Shown piece after piece: positions 15,450 through 24,674 of a stretch of DNA of 29,825 nt. The stretch is taken from positions 1-29,825 of IMG/VR virus record IMGVR_UViG_3300031867_000397; one strand, given 5' to 3'. Made by a program: the position numbers and the translations under genes. This DNA comes from a virus. Every line of letters starts with the position of its first letter. Positions within the stretch are counted from its first letter, which is position 1. The notes beneath the pieces were generated by a model, which saw only the letters and a list, made by a program, of their open reading frames with translations, did no database searches and had not been told where the DNA came from.

Positions 15450-15712
15450 CATATACATTCGTATGAGGTCGTTAATCTCATACCGTTCTCTTATGAACTG
15501 CTCTATATCACTATAGAGATTAGACTATCTCTTTCACCTATTTAGGCTACCTCGCACTTCCACGCACTTGCGTGTACTCTACTCACTTCCACATATTTGT
15601 GTGTTTTCGATAGTCGTTACACGTTCCCCTTTAAGAGGCTTCGCACGGTATTGCCTTATTTAAAAGGGTTTCACCGTTTTCACGAGGTTTATACTAGGCA
15701 ATGGTGGGTTTT
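15450..15712 (-). ncRNA. Group I self-splicing intron (263 nt, ORF-less) inside the tape measure gene
   Basis: Exon 1 ends in U and the insert ends in G. IGS GCCUAGU pairs with exon ACUAGGU. P7 is GACUAUC/GAUAGUC. An S-like element AAGAGAUAGUCU is present. P3, P4 and P9 pairings are readable. Splicing restores LKLG-YGGT in frame. Confidence 0.8.
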
Positions 15713-16720
15713 ACCTAGTTTTAAGTTATCTAACATCGTGTAATTATCTTTTGCAAAGCCTTGGTAAGCGTTCTGAATCATGTCCATAGATGTGCCCATC
15801 TTGTTTGCATTATCTGACATGTCAATAATTGCCATATTAGCATATTCAGTAGCCTTGTTGGTGTCTCCATGCAAGCCCTGCAATAATGTTGCTGAAAAGC
15901 TTGTTGCCTGTTCCATGTACTGATTAGCGCTTAGCCCTGCTGTCTTGTATGCGTTGTTTGCGTATTCCTGTAACTTCTTTGAGGACTTGCCAAACAGCGT
16001 ATCAACACCACCAACTAGCTGTTCATACTGCGAATAGCTTTCATAGGACTGCTTGCCTACATTGATGAATGCCATACCCAAATTCTTAAGCCCGTTTATT
16101 GCTCCACGAATTGCGTCAGTTGCTAGGTTTGCTAACACGCCTTTCATAACTGTAAATCCTTCTGAACTATCTTTAGCCTTTTTTCCACTTTCTTCGGCTT
16201 CGTTTCCTAATTCGTCAAGCGACTTTGTAGTTTTGTTAATTGTGGTTTCAGCGTTAGCAGTCTTGATTTTCATATCATTTAGGGCTTTGCCTTGTGCGTC
16301 ATACTTCTTTGCGCTTTTTTCTACTTCTTGCGCCAGTTCATTAACAACTTTTTGTTGTGCTTTGTACTCGCTAGACGCTTCACCGTTCTTTGCTTTGATT
16401 TCGTCTAGTTTTGCTTTTTCCTTTTCGTACTTATCTACTAACTCCTTGTGCGCCGTGCCATTCCTTTTATATTCGGCTTCCATTTTAGACATTTGGCTTT
16501 TTAGCGTTGAATATGCAGTTTTTTGAGAATCAAGTGCTTTCTTTAATTGCTCTGAACTTTCCGTTACTTCTTTTTGAGACTTAGCACCAGCTTCAAATCC
16601 ACTAGAAGTAGCACGCATTTCAGCACTTATAACCTTTAAGCTTTGTGTACACTGTGTTAAAGCTCTTCTATATTCGCTTTCTCCCGTCAGCTTGATACTT
16701 CCACCCATTCCACCTGCCAT
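15713..16720 (-). CDS. Tape measure protein, exon 1
   Basis: Coiled-coil N-terminus ending AYQGFAKDNYTMLDNLKLG. The track ORF then continues 8 junk codons into the intron. Confidence 0.85.
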
Positions 16721-16735
16721 AGCGTCACCCCCTTT

Positions 16736-17316
16736 TTAAAACCACTCTTCGGCTTCTTGCGTCTTCTTGTACGCTTCGGCATATGTCATATTTGAGTTTT
16801 TCAACATCATTTCCAAATCAAAATTATCTTTGTAGTGACCGTATAGCTTATTAAAAAGCGTTAGTGTAATGTGTCCTATTTCCTTATTAGACAAGTTTAA
16901 TTTAGTTCTCCCAATGAAATAGAACCAACTAAAATCTATTGGCTCATTTTCCTCTACTTCATCGGGAATTATGCGTTTTTTTCGTTTGATTTTGTGCTAT
17001 CAACAACGGTATCATTCATAGCCTTTGTAGCATTCAGTAAACCGTATTGCGTGATAATTCTACCAACCTTGCGAGTTGTTAGCATTGGTCTATTTTTTCC
17101 GTCCTTATCATTCCAGATGTCTAACCCTTCATTAATCATTTGAGTAAATCCAAAGATAACTGCTTTTGCATTTGGCTCTCCTTGTGAGCCATCTGTAAGG
17201 CTACCCCATTTTTCGATTGTCTTGTATTCCTCTTGTATTGCCTCCATTACATTAAGATTAAACACTAAAGGATAATCAACACCGTTTACATTAATAACTC
17301 TTTCAATATCTTTCAT
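16736..17316 (-). CDS. Tail assembly chaperone -1 frameshift product (gpGT-like)
   Basis: Slippery A-AAA-AAC at 16981-16975 in the correct frame, 2 codons before the stop. The -1 frame stays open for 79 codons, down to 16736. Confidence 0.7.
16969..17316 (-). CDS. Tail assembly chaperone (gpG-like)
   Basis: Lies between the major tail and tape measure genes. INVNGVDYPLVFNLNVMEAIQEEY is TAC-like. Confidence 0.75.
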   Translation of the reverse strand: MKDIERVINVNGVDYPLVFNLNVMEAIQEEYKTIEKWGSLTDGSQGEPNAKAVIFGFTQMINEGLDIWNDKDGKNRPMLTTRKVGRIITQYGLLNATKAMNDTVVDSTKSNEKNA

Positions 17317-17334
17317 ATACTATACCTCTTTCCT

Positions 17335-17362
17335 ATAAAAATAGGGTGGCTATTAACCACCC
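17335..17362 (-). terminator. Intra-operon hairpin / partial terminator after the major tail gene
   Basis: Minus strand reads GGGTGG-TTAATAG-CCACCC followed by TATTTTTAT. Confidence 0.45.
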
Positions 17363-17368
17363 ATGAAA

Positions 17369-17929
17369 TTAAGCTGAAGGTGCTTTTAATAAACCCTCTA
17401 AATATGTAATTGCATCTTGCTGTGTTGCAAAAGTTTTTGTTTTTGACCAATTGCCATCTGCTAATGTTGATACAGTGCCTTGTAATTCAGTTGTTTTAAA
17501 GTCTAGGTTTTCGCCTTTCGTTGCGTCATCTTGTGATGGTTCGCTAAATTTAACTTTGTTCAAGAACTCAACTTTATACTTGCGTACCCCGTTAATCATC
17601 TTAACAACAACTCTGCCTAATCCAACATAAGGCGCTGAATCGTTTGCGTTACGTGTCATTTCTCCCTGCTCGTCAATCTGATGACCTAATAGCTCTGCTA
17701 AAGTCTTATCATCATCTTCATCAATACCAATCGTTACCGTGCCACTCTGAAAAGTAGTGTCGCTTTCGGCTTGAGCATCATCAGCATATAAAGACGCTGA
17801 ACTTGTAGAAATATCAACCTTGCAAGAAATAGCCTTAGCAGGTTTCTTTGCTCCAGCGTATGTTGGTGTTCCGTCTTCGTCCTCCGTTAAGATTGAGTAA
17901 CGAAAGTTATTTAAACCAATTTTTGCCAT
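17369..17929 (-). CDS. Major tail protein (phi13-type)
   Basis: MAKIGLNNFRYSILTEDEDGTPTYAGAKKPAKAISCKVDISTSSASLYADD matches the phi13-family major tail N-terminus. Confidence 0.8.
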   Translation of the reverse strand: MAKIGLNNFRYSILTEDEDGTPTYAGAKKPAKAISCKVDISTSSASLYADDAQAESDTTFQSGTVTIGIDEDDDKTLAELLGHQIDEQGEMTRNANDSAPYVGLGRVVVKMINGVRKYKVEFLNKVKFSEPSQDDATKGENLDFKTTELQGTVSTLADGNWSKTKTFATQQDAITYLEGLLKAPSA

Positions 17930-18280
17930 TTAATCGTCCTCCTTTAAATATGCAAAACATAACGTCTTGTGGTAGTAGCCGGTATCATTTTCATAAAAAT
18001 CGGGTGATGTTCGGCTAGCTTGCCACTCAAAGTTATTTGCTTTTAGTAATTCTTTAACACTCTTTATAATATTGAAATAGTCGCCTTTAGAATAAATGTC
18101 AAAATCGTAATATACAACATATCCTAATAAATCATCATCACCACTATAAGAGTTGTCCGTGTCGCTATTTTGATAAGTTATATATGTGTCTTCATGACCA
18201 TCATAAAACATGAACGAAACGGGTATTTTAGAACCGTCAACGGTAAATCCATCAAAGATGTTTTCTATTACGCTATTCAT
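17930..18280 (-). CDS. Tail completion / head-tail joining protein (116 aa)
   Basis: Assigned from its position in the conserved module. No specific motif. Confidence 0.5.
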   Translation of the reverse strand: MNSVIENIFDGFTVDGSKIPVSFMFYDGHEDTYITYQNSDTDNSYSGDDDLLGYVVYYDFDIYSKGDYFNIIKSVKELLKANNFEWQASRTSPDFYENDTGYYHKTLCFAYLKEDD

Positions 18281-18713
18281 CTAAAAGCCCTCCAAAAGCC
18301 TTGCTTTGAACTTCAAGCATCGCTTTTTCAATTTGTGCTTTCTTGAAAGACTTTCTAAAAAAAGGCTTCTTTTTGAATTTTGTACTGCCATACTCAAACA
18401 CGTTCGCAACCAATGGAGCTGGCACAATAACATTTTTGCCGTCCTTAGTTTTCTTCTTGCTTTCAAAATAACCATAAAACCCAACTTTGGTATTTATTCC
18501 ATCATCTGTTGGCGTATCGTATGTTCTTGTCATTTTTAAGCAATTTCTTATGTCCGAATTTTTAAAGCTTTCGGGCATGTTTGAAAGAACATTCTTATAG
18601 GCAACCTCTGCGCCCGCCCTTGTCATTTCTCCAAAGACATCTTTACAACCATTGTTTATCTCTTCTAGATCTTTCATGATTTCATCGGGCATAATCATCT
18701 CAAACTTAGCCAT
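18273..18713 (-). CDS. HK97 gp10-like head-tail joining protein
   Basis: Position and size, plus an N-terminal region typical of gp10-family proteins. Confidence 0.55.
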   Translation of the reverse strand: MAKFEMIMPDEIMKDLEEINNGCKDVFGEMTRAGAEVAYKNVLSNMPESFKNSDIRNCLKMTRTYDTPTDDGINTKVGFYGYFESKKKTKDGKNVIVPAPLVANVFEYGSTKFKKKPFFRKSFKKAQIEKAMLEVQSKAFGGLLDE

Positions 18714-19039
18714 TAATGCGTAACCTCCTTAGCTTGAATTTCTAATTCGGTGTTTTCCTCATTCACATTGTTTAGATACTCAATTGTGTATTCTTTTTCA
18801 TTAAATTCAATTGTCATGTCTCTGTTTATTTCAGTCTTTGGAAATCTGATAGTGAAGTTGGTATATGCTTTCTCAAAGTCAGTGCTACTAGCTATTAATG
18901 TCATGCCTCGTGTTGTCTTGACACTCGCATATGGCTCTAATACTAGTGTTTTTTCCTTGATTGGAAAGCCGTTTTTGGTCTTGGTGGTTTCAACTTTGTA
19001 AATTTTTATACGCTTGTTATACTTTCCTGCATTCATCAT
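18713..19039 (-). CDS. Head closure / head-tail adaptor protein
   Basis: MMNAGKYNKRIKIYK... resembles the head-closure family N-terminus. Position fits. Confidence 0.6.
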   Translation of the reverse strand: MMNAGKYNKRIKIYKVETTKTKNGFPIKEKTLVLEPYASVKTTRGMTLIASSTDFEKAYTNFTIRFPKTEINRDMTIEFNEKEYTIEYLNNVNEENTELEIQAKEVTH

Positions 19040-19332
19040 AGCAAATTCACACTATGCATTCCTAAAATAGTCTCTACAACCATATTTAGGTTCTTTGTGT
19101 CTACATAAAGCGTTTTGTTGTCGTACATATCCTGTACGAGTACAAGCGTTACAATTACAAAGTCCTGATATTTATCTAAATCTTCCTGACCAGTGTATGA
19201 CTTGATAAATGCTTTTGCAACATTCAGTAAATTATTCAAGAGTGTTGTTTCATTTTCATCTAGCTCGTAAATACGCAAGTATTCAGCTAGATCATTTACA
19301 GTTATTTCACTAACTTTGGTGATTTCTTTCAT
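19036..19332 (-). CDS. gp6-like head-tail connector protein
   Basis: ITVNDLAEYLRIYELDENETTLLNNLLNVAKAFIKSYTG is the gp6-like connector pattern. Confidence 0.7.
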   Translation of the reverse strand: MKEITKVSEITVNDLAEYLRIYELDENETTLLNNLLNVAKAFIKSYTGQEDLDKYQDFVIVTLVLVQDMYDNKTLYVDTKNLNMVVETILGMHSVNLL

Positions 19333-19350
19333 TTTATCGCTCCTTTCTTT

Positions 19351-19521
19351 TTAAGGAGTTTTCTTTTTGGTCGTTCTTTTAGCTGTCTTTGCTTCTTTGA
19401 CTTCTTCAATATAGCGAGCTTTCAAGAGGTCACTAATAATATAATTATCAGTGATTTCTCTTGTTTCGCCTTCGTGCATAGATACAAGACCGCTAAAAGA
19501 TTTTAAAGCCTTGTATTTCAA
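19351..19521 (-). CDS. Small basic-tailed protein (56 aa, TTG start) after the capsid gene
   Basis: Hand-translated: (M)KYKALKSFSGLVSMHEGETREITDNYIISDLLKARYIEEVKEAKTAKRTTKKKTP. GAGGTGA RBS. Confidence 0.4.
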   Translation of the reverse strand: MKYKALKSFSGLVSMHEGETREITDNYIISDLLKARYIEEVKEAKTAKRTTKKKTP

Positions 19522-19533
19522 CTAAATCACCTC

Positions 19534-20718
19534 TTAGCCGTTTTTCATGACTAATTTAGCTAAGCCCTGTTCATTTTCAATTTTTGAATCAAATTCAAAC
19601 CAGCCAACAACACCTGTTGCGTGTTCATCGGCATATTTTTCTCTTAATACCTGAACGTTTACATTTTCGTTGAATTTAGTAGCTAAGCATGACATATCGC
19701 CATAGTAGATTACGGCATTGCCCGCACCGATTTCAGGCATATTATCAGATACAAATACTGGCTTGCCTAAAAGTGCTGTTCCAAAAGGTGCTGAAACATC
19801 ATCATTTAATAAGTAGCGTCCATCTTTGTCCTTTAAAAGTCTTAAAGCAGTTCTAGTATCATTCGACATAATAAAGATTGCATTATTTTGGAAAGCGTCT
19901 TTGATACTGTCTTTTAATTTAATTACTTCATCAGCAGTAATAGCAGTAGCGCTATCAGTTGTTGTAGCGTTCTTCATTGTTGATAAGCCAGCAACCTTTC
20001 CAGCAGTACCAATTAATAACTCATGCTCGATAAAACGAGCGATTGAATCACCCATTTCATCAACAACGAAAGAAACAATATCAAACTGTGAGTTATTGAT
20101 TAATGAATTGGAAATTTTAGATAAAGCGCCAGCCAAGAAACCAGTAAGTGTGATTGATTTAAAGTTTCCGTTGCTAGAAGTGAGTGCCTTAAATTCATCC
20201 TGGTAAGCAACCCTGATAGAAGATGTTGTTGTGTCATAGTAAGGAATTTGCAAATTGCCTTTTACGTTGTACTTAGTTGATTTTTCCAGGATTGGGCAAA
20301 CGTCATATACACGCTTGATAATCTTCTGTGCGATAGTTGTGGGGATTACTGCGCCGTTGTCAGTCTTAGTAAGCTCGCCAGTTCTTTCATGCACAACTAC
20401 ACCTCTGATGTAGTTTTCAAACGCTCTTGCCTCATTTGTTGCCTGTTCCTTTTTCTTTTCTTCTTCGGTCATAGTGTCGCCTCCTTCTTTTGCTTTAGCT
20501 TCGTCCTCTGGTGCTGGTTTTTCAGTTGTCTCTTCCATAGCTCTGAAATCATCATCTAATTTTAATGTTTCAATGATTTTTCTAACGTTATCACGAATTT
20601 CAGCTAATTCCGTTGCCTCGTCTTCAGTAAGCTCTCTCTTTTCTTCCTTGCATTTGTCTAAAACCGCGTCAGCTCTAGTTAATAAATCATTCTTCTTCTC
20701 AAGTAATTCTTTTCTCAT
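19534..20718 (-). CDS. Major capsid protein, HK97 family, with an N-terminal delta/scaffold-like coiled coil
   Basis: Size, position after the protease, and a coiled-coil N-terminal ~100 aa followed by a capsid-fold region (..GFLAGALSKI.., ..GKPVFVSDNMP..). Confidence 0.85.
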   Translation of the reverse strand: MRKELLEKKNDLLTRADAVLDKCKEEKRELTEDEATELAEIRDNVRKIIETLKLDDDFRAMEETTEKPAPEDEAKAKEGGDTMTEEEKKKEQATNEARAFENYIRGVVVHERTGELTKTDNGAVIPTTIAQKIIKRVYDVCPILEKSTKYNVKGNLQIPYYDTTTSSIRVAYQDEFKALTSSNGNFKSITLTGFLAGALSKISNSLINNSQFDIVSFVVDEMGDSIARFIEHELLIGTAGKVAGLSTMKNATTTDSATAITADEVIKLKDSIKDAFQNNAIFIMSNDTRTALRLLKDKDGRYLLNDDVSAPFGTALLGKPVFVSDNMPEIGAGNAVIYYGDMSCLATKFNENVNVQVLREKYADEHATGVVGWFEFDSKIENEQGLAKLVMKNG

Positions 20719-21363
20719 CTAAATCGCCTCCTTTAACATTTTAAATGCTTCACTATAGTATGAGAATTTAGGTTTCTTTGTCTCTTCTTGGCTTGGCTCT
20801 ACATCACGTGTTTTTGTGTCCTCCTTGCATTCATCAATAAGTTCACAATCGCTCAATAATTCCTCACCTAATTTTACCACATTTTTGTTGTTGTCCCTAG
20901 TATTAATTAAAGTTCCCGCATAAGCTGGGTTTCTTGTCTTGTCTAGGATGGAAACCTCGTCTAAGTTTAGATCACGAACTTTTCTAAGTGGTAAGTTGGT
21001 ATCACTGTCAACGCTAGTTTCATCAACATCAACATCAGTAAAGCCAAACGACCAGCCAACCAGGTCACCGCTTCTAGCTTTGTCGATAACATCACTATCG
21101 TAAATGGTTGCTCTAGCATGAAGCCCAATGCTATCCTCATGTAATTCAAGGTTGCCTTTTGCCGTGCTTCCTAAGTCACGTGTCCAATCGTGATTTAGCA
21201 AAATGTGTACATCATTGTTGCGATTTAATGCACGAGTAAAAGCCCCCACGCACATACGTTCTACATAATGCCCGGCGCTATCAGTAATAGGCTTAGAATT
21301 ACGTTCAACACTGTTCACATATCCTTCAATCTCGACATGATCACTTCTTAGTGTCACTCTCAT
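20719..21363 (-). CDS. HK97-family prohead protease
   Basis: VEIEGYVNSVERNS ... ILLNHDWTRDLGST ... GWSFGF motifs. The ATG at 21363 is preceded by GGAGGTGA. Confidence 0.85.
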   Translation of the reverse strand: MRVTLRSDHVEIEGYVNSVERNSKPITDSAGHYVERMCVGAFTRALNRNNDVHILLNHDWTRDLGSTAKGNLELHEDSIGLHARATIYDSDVIDKARSGDLVGWSFGFTDVDVDETSVDSDTNLPLRKVRDLNLDEVSILDKTRNPAYAGTLINTRDNNKNVVKLGEELLSDCELIDECKEDTKTRDVEPSQEETKKPKFSYYSEAFKMLKEAI

Positions 21364-22621
21364 TGTTATCACCTCCATTCGTTAAATTGTCTTTATTTTC
21401 TTCAACAACGTTTTCAGCGCTATCATTTTCTTCACTGTCGCTAAAACCTTGCATAGTGCCAGTGTTTGGTGTGAAGTATGTCTGTGTGTCAACGTTGTAA
21501 AGAACGGAGCTTAAGCCTACATTAATAACGTCTAATCCGTCAATATAGTTCATGTTTTCGGCTTTTCTAATCTCGTTCAGCGTCATAAATCCCGTTTCCT
21601 TTGCGGTCTTATAAGCGTTATATCGTTCTACCAAGTTAGCTTTAACAATCTCTTTAACATCAAACTCAAAATACATTGACTTCTTTTCACGCTCTAATAG
21701 TAAGTCACGATTTAGTGCAGTCTCAAACGCCTTTACGATTGGATAGATAGCTTCCTTAAATGTCTGGTCAAAGCTATCTGAATGAATGTGGAAAATGCCG
21801 TTAATTTCTTCTTGCAGTGTCTTCTTGTTTTCGTTCAACTGCATTTCCACACTTGTATTAGAAGACTCTTGGAAGTCCAGCCCATCATTTAACACAACAA
21901 CATTTTCTGTATTGTTGCTATATAGGTTATTCCACGCCTTTTTCAATAGGTCAATGCTTTCTTGTGTTAGTCTCTTGTTGGACTTGATGAAGCCTTTCTT
22001 GTTGCCACCTGTTTTTACAAGTCCTAACTGATATAGCAACGTTCTATAAGCTGTTTCAAGTGCCTTAGATACTTCATAGGTTACACCCGTGCCACTAGCT
22101 CCATCTTTTGTATTTCTAAGCAACTTGATAAAGTCAAACTGCTCATATGACTTTGCGCCTACATTGATTGAATAGCTTTTAAAAATCGGGTCGGTATTTG
22201 TAATGATTGATACGTCCCTGTCTTCAACATAGTACAATCCAGTCACCGTATTGCGCTTTCGCTTGATATAGCAGTAACCACCCTTACCCAAAAGGTAATC
22301 AGAAACCATTGCCTTCTTTAACTGAAAAGCGTCTAGCGTGTCGCCCGTGTCCTTATTTAATAGCGTTGTTCTATAGTCGTTCGTTACTTCCTCAACCTTG
22401 CCTTTTTTAATCTTGTATAGCTTGACTGGCATACTCGCAACACAATTGCTAATTAGGTCAACCGCTGAAGAAACGGCTGGCAATGTCAATGCCTTATCAC
22501 GGCTTATAGTCTCATTTGATAGCAAAGCCGACAAAAGCACATCATCAACATGAGGTGTTAGCTCAATTTCATCATTTGTTGGCTCGGCTCTTTCTCTTTT
22601 AAACATATCTAATAGCCCCAT
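21341..22621 (-). CDS. Portal protein (HK97-type)
   Basis: Size, position and portal-family sequence features (..LPAVSSAVDLISNCVASMP.., ..LNEIRKAENM..). Confidence 0.85.
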   Translation of the reverse strand: MGLLDMFKRERAEPTNDEIELTPHVDDVLLSALLSNETISRDKALTLPAVSSAVDLISNCVASMPVKLYKIKKGKVEEVTNDYRTTLLNKDTGDTLDAFQLKKAMVSDYLLGKGGYCYIKRKRNTVTGLYYVEDRDVSIITNTDPIFKSYSINVGAKSYEQFDFIKLLRNTKDGASGTGVTYEVSKALETAYRTLLYQLGLVKTGGNKKGFIKSNKRLTQESIDLLKKAWNNLYSNNTENVVVLNDGLDFQESSNTSVEMQLNENKKTLQEEINGIFHIHSDSFDQTFKEAIYPIVKAFETALNRDLLLEREKKSMYFEFDVKEIVKANLVERYNAYKTAKETGFMTLNEIRKAENMNYIDGLDVINVGLSSVLYNVDTQTYFTPNTGTMQGFSDSEENDSAENVVEENKDNLTNGGDNNESDTKK

Positions 22622-22636
22622 CTTTGCACCTCCTTT

Positions 22637-24334
22637 TTAAATTACTTGGATTGTGAAATCCATTGTGTTGAAAACAACATCTTGTTGTAGTAAGTAAATC
22701 GCGTTTATCAGTGATACAACTTCATCTACTTTTCCACTTGATTTTTTCTTGTTCACGTATAAGTTTTGGTTAGTGTCCTTCGTACAACGTGCATTCTGAA
22801 AGTTTATTTCTAGTAGCTTGTTATCGGTATATTCAAACTTGCCACTTAAGATTTGCTCTTTTAGGAATTTAGTAGCAGGGTGAAGCACGCTTGAATGTTG
22901 CTTAATCTCAATCATGTTATAGCCCTCTTTTTCAAGCTTTTGTGCCGTGCTAAGGGCGTTCCAACGGTCAAACCCTATTGCTTGTACCTGTACACCAAAA
23001 CGTTGCTCTAAGCTTAAAATAAAGGCTTCTACATAGTTGTAATCAATAACCCTATCTCCACACTCCATAACCTTTCCATGCTTAAGCAACTCTCTATAGT
23101 TTACCTTCTCGCTGGCGCTCTTTTCATCAATCCTATCACTAGGAATAAAAGCAAAGCTTTCAGCAAGTATCTTGTTATCATCATCAACGCTAACCATAGA
23201 AACGCTTGTGTTATCGTCCGTTTGTGATAGATCCAATCCCAAATAAACAATTCTTCCTTTCCAGTCGATATTAGCAACCTTGCATTCTTGCACGTCCTTA
23301 ACGTCAACATATGTTTCAGTGCCAACACCTTGATAGATAATATTGCAATGCTTGGTTACAAAGTTTTCACGTGCGCTTTCAATAGCTATAGCCCTTGCAC
23401 GCTTTTTCAATAGGTCTTCCCATATCTCGGGAATTTCAAGAGCAACGGGATTAGCTTGCTTCAATATCAAATCATCAGTTTCCCAATGCTTTGTGTTGTC
23501 TGGTTCATATAGCAAACTGAATACCGTTTCATCGTCTTCAATACCGTCAAGCACATCTTTAGCGTACTTCACTTCATCTTCAAAAGGGTTATCAATCGTT
23601 GGATACTTCGTTGAAATAATAAAGCCTAGCTTGTTCAGTATGTTCAACTGTCCCGACTGCATAGCCTCAATAGGATAAGAGTTAGGCAAAGCCCCAACTT
23701 CGTCAGCAATAAAGGCGTTTGGGAGTCTTCCGTCCATTCTACTAGTTGAATAGCTTAAAGGGATATATTGCGTTTGTGTTGGCTTGAACATGATGTAATC
23801 ACGCAAAATCTTAAAACGCTTGTTATCTCTAAATTCATATACTAGTGGTGATGATCTAATTGTTTCTGCTATTGCCTCTCTGATTTCTCTTGATAAAGAG
23901 CCGTCTGGTGCGACACTGTAGAATTTAGAAAACTGTGGCTCTGTTAGGAATAATAGAATGAATATAGTTGCAACGGTATATGTCTTGAAGTTCTTACGAC
24001 ATATCTCTAAAACACCTGTTTCATACCTTCTTTTATTTGGATTGTTCCTGTAAACCGTACATAGGATAGCTGTGTAAAATGTCCACTGATAGCCTGTTGT
24101 GCATTCATACAATGATTGCCCTGCTTTTAGTCCTTTAGGCATTCTAAGAATTTTAAGAATGTTATTGAGCTGTTTGAGTTTTTCCTTGCTTATCTTGTAC
24201 TTCTTGTTTTTTCCCTCACAAACTGAAATGAAATCTTTCATTTGTAATTTTACATATTTGGGAGTTGTTTCTAGTTCTATTGACTTCTTGCAAAATTCTA
24301 GAGCTTTATTCTGTATCATCAGTATCACCACCAT
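22637..24334 (-). CDS. terL: Terminase large subunit (probable start at the ATG at 24319)
   Basis: 565 aa. ATPase region (..AFIADEVGA..) and a C-terminal nuclease region. Overlaps the terS end. Confidence 0.9.
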   Translation of the reverse strand: MVVILMIQNKALEFCKKSIELETTPKYVKLQMKDFISVCEGKNKKYKISKEKLKQLNNILKILRMPKGLKAGQSLYECTTGYQWTFYTAILCTVYRNNPNKRRYETGVLEICRKNFKTYTVATIFILLFLTEPQFSKFYSVAPDGSLSREIREAIAETIRSSPLVYEFRDNKRFKILRDYIMFKPTQTQYIPLSYSTSRMDGRLPNAFIADEVGALPNSYPIEAMQSGQLNILNKLGFIISTKYPTIDNPFEDEVKYAKDVLDGIEDDETVFSLLYEPDNTKHWETDDLILKQANPVALEIPEIWEDLLKKRARAIAIESARENFVTKHCNIIYQGVGTETYVDVKDVQECKVANIDWKGRIVYLGLDLSQTDDNTSVSMVSVDDDNKILAESFAFIPSDRIDEKSASEKVNYRELLKHGKVMECGDRVIDYNYVEAFILSLEQRFGVQVQAIGFDRWNALSTAQKLEKEGYNMIEIKQHSSVLHPATKFLKEQILSGKFEYTDNKLLEINFQNARCTKDTNQNLYVNKKKSSGKVDEVVSLINAIYLLQQDVVFNTMDFTIQVI

Positions 24335-24674
24335 TGATGATTTTCATCAGTGGGTCTTCATCAGTCGTATTGTCATCTACTCCGAAATTTCGTAAAATCC
24401 TCATTAATGTCGCTACTGTCTTATTCGCTGAATCGGTAGTTCTGTTGTAATCAGAAATAGCAGGATTCGTATAAAGGTTTTTCCTGTTCTTGACGTATTC
24501 TTTTGTTACCAATGCACCTTCTTGTTTTATCGTCTTCTCAAGCTCTGTTAGGATATTCAGCTGTACCTGATAGCGCTTGAATGTAGTGATGAAGAAAAAA
24601 TTAGACTGGACACCACTTTCTTCCGCAATACGAATAATCTCTTGCGCCTGTTCATTTAGTGATAGTTTTGCCAA
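24306..24674 (-). CDS. terS: Terminase small subunit (P27-like), TTG start
   Basis: ..TFKRYQVQLNILTELEKTIKQEGALVTKEYVKNRKNLYTNPAISDYNRTTDSANKTV.. is P27-family-like. AAGGTGA RBS. Confidence 0.75.
   Translation of the reverse strand: MAKLSLNEQAQEIIRIAEESGVQSNFFFITTFKRYQVQLNILTELEKTIKQEGALVTKEYVKNRKNLYTNPAISDYNRTTDSANKTVATLMRILRNFGVDDNTTDEDPLMKIINGGDTDDTE

Noticed and set aside
14263-16526. Long plus-strand ORFs in the track (for example 14263..14514, 14623..15030, 15136..15516, 16053..16526, and elsewhere 3443..3763, 13255..13569, 19826..20206, 23343..23678).
   Set aside because: They lie antisense to strongly supported minus-strand genes, lack RBSs, and have Ser/Phe/Leu/Cys-rich low-complexity composition typical of shadow frames.
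13932-16720. The tape measure gene appears as two separate ORFs, which could mean a pseudogene, a frameshift error or two genuine genes.
   Set aside because: The 263-nt spacer has P1/IGS, P3, P4, P7 and P9 pairings and U/G splice-site nucleotides. Its precise removal restores the conserved LKLG-YGGT block in frame. An intron explains the split better than decay or an assembly error.
904-23328. Nested same-strand alternative-frame ORFs (904..1113, 5237..5449, 18281..18484, 20967..21149, 23101..23328).
   Set aside because: Each is fully contained within a larger gene with recognisable homology or a better RBS. None has its own SD or a meaningful sequence.
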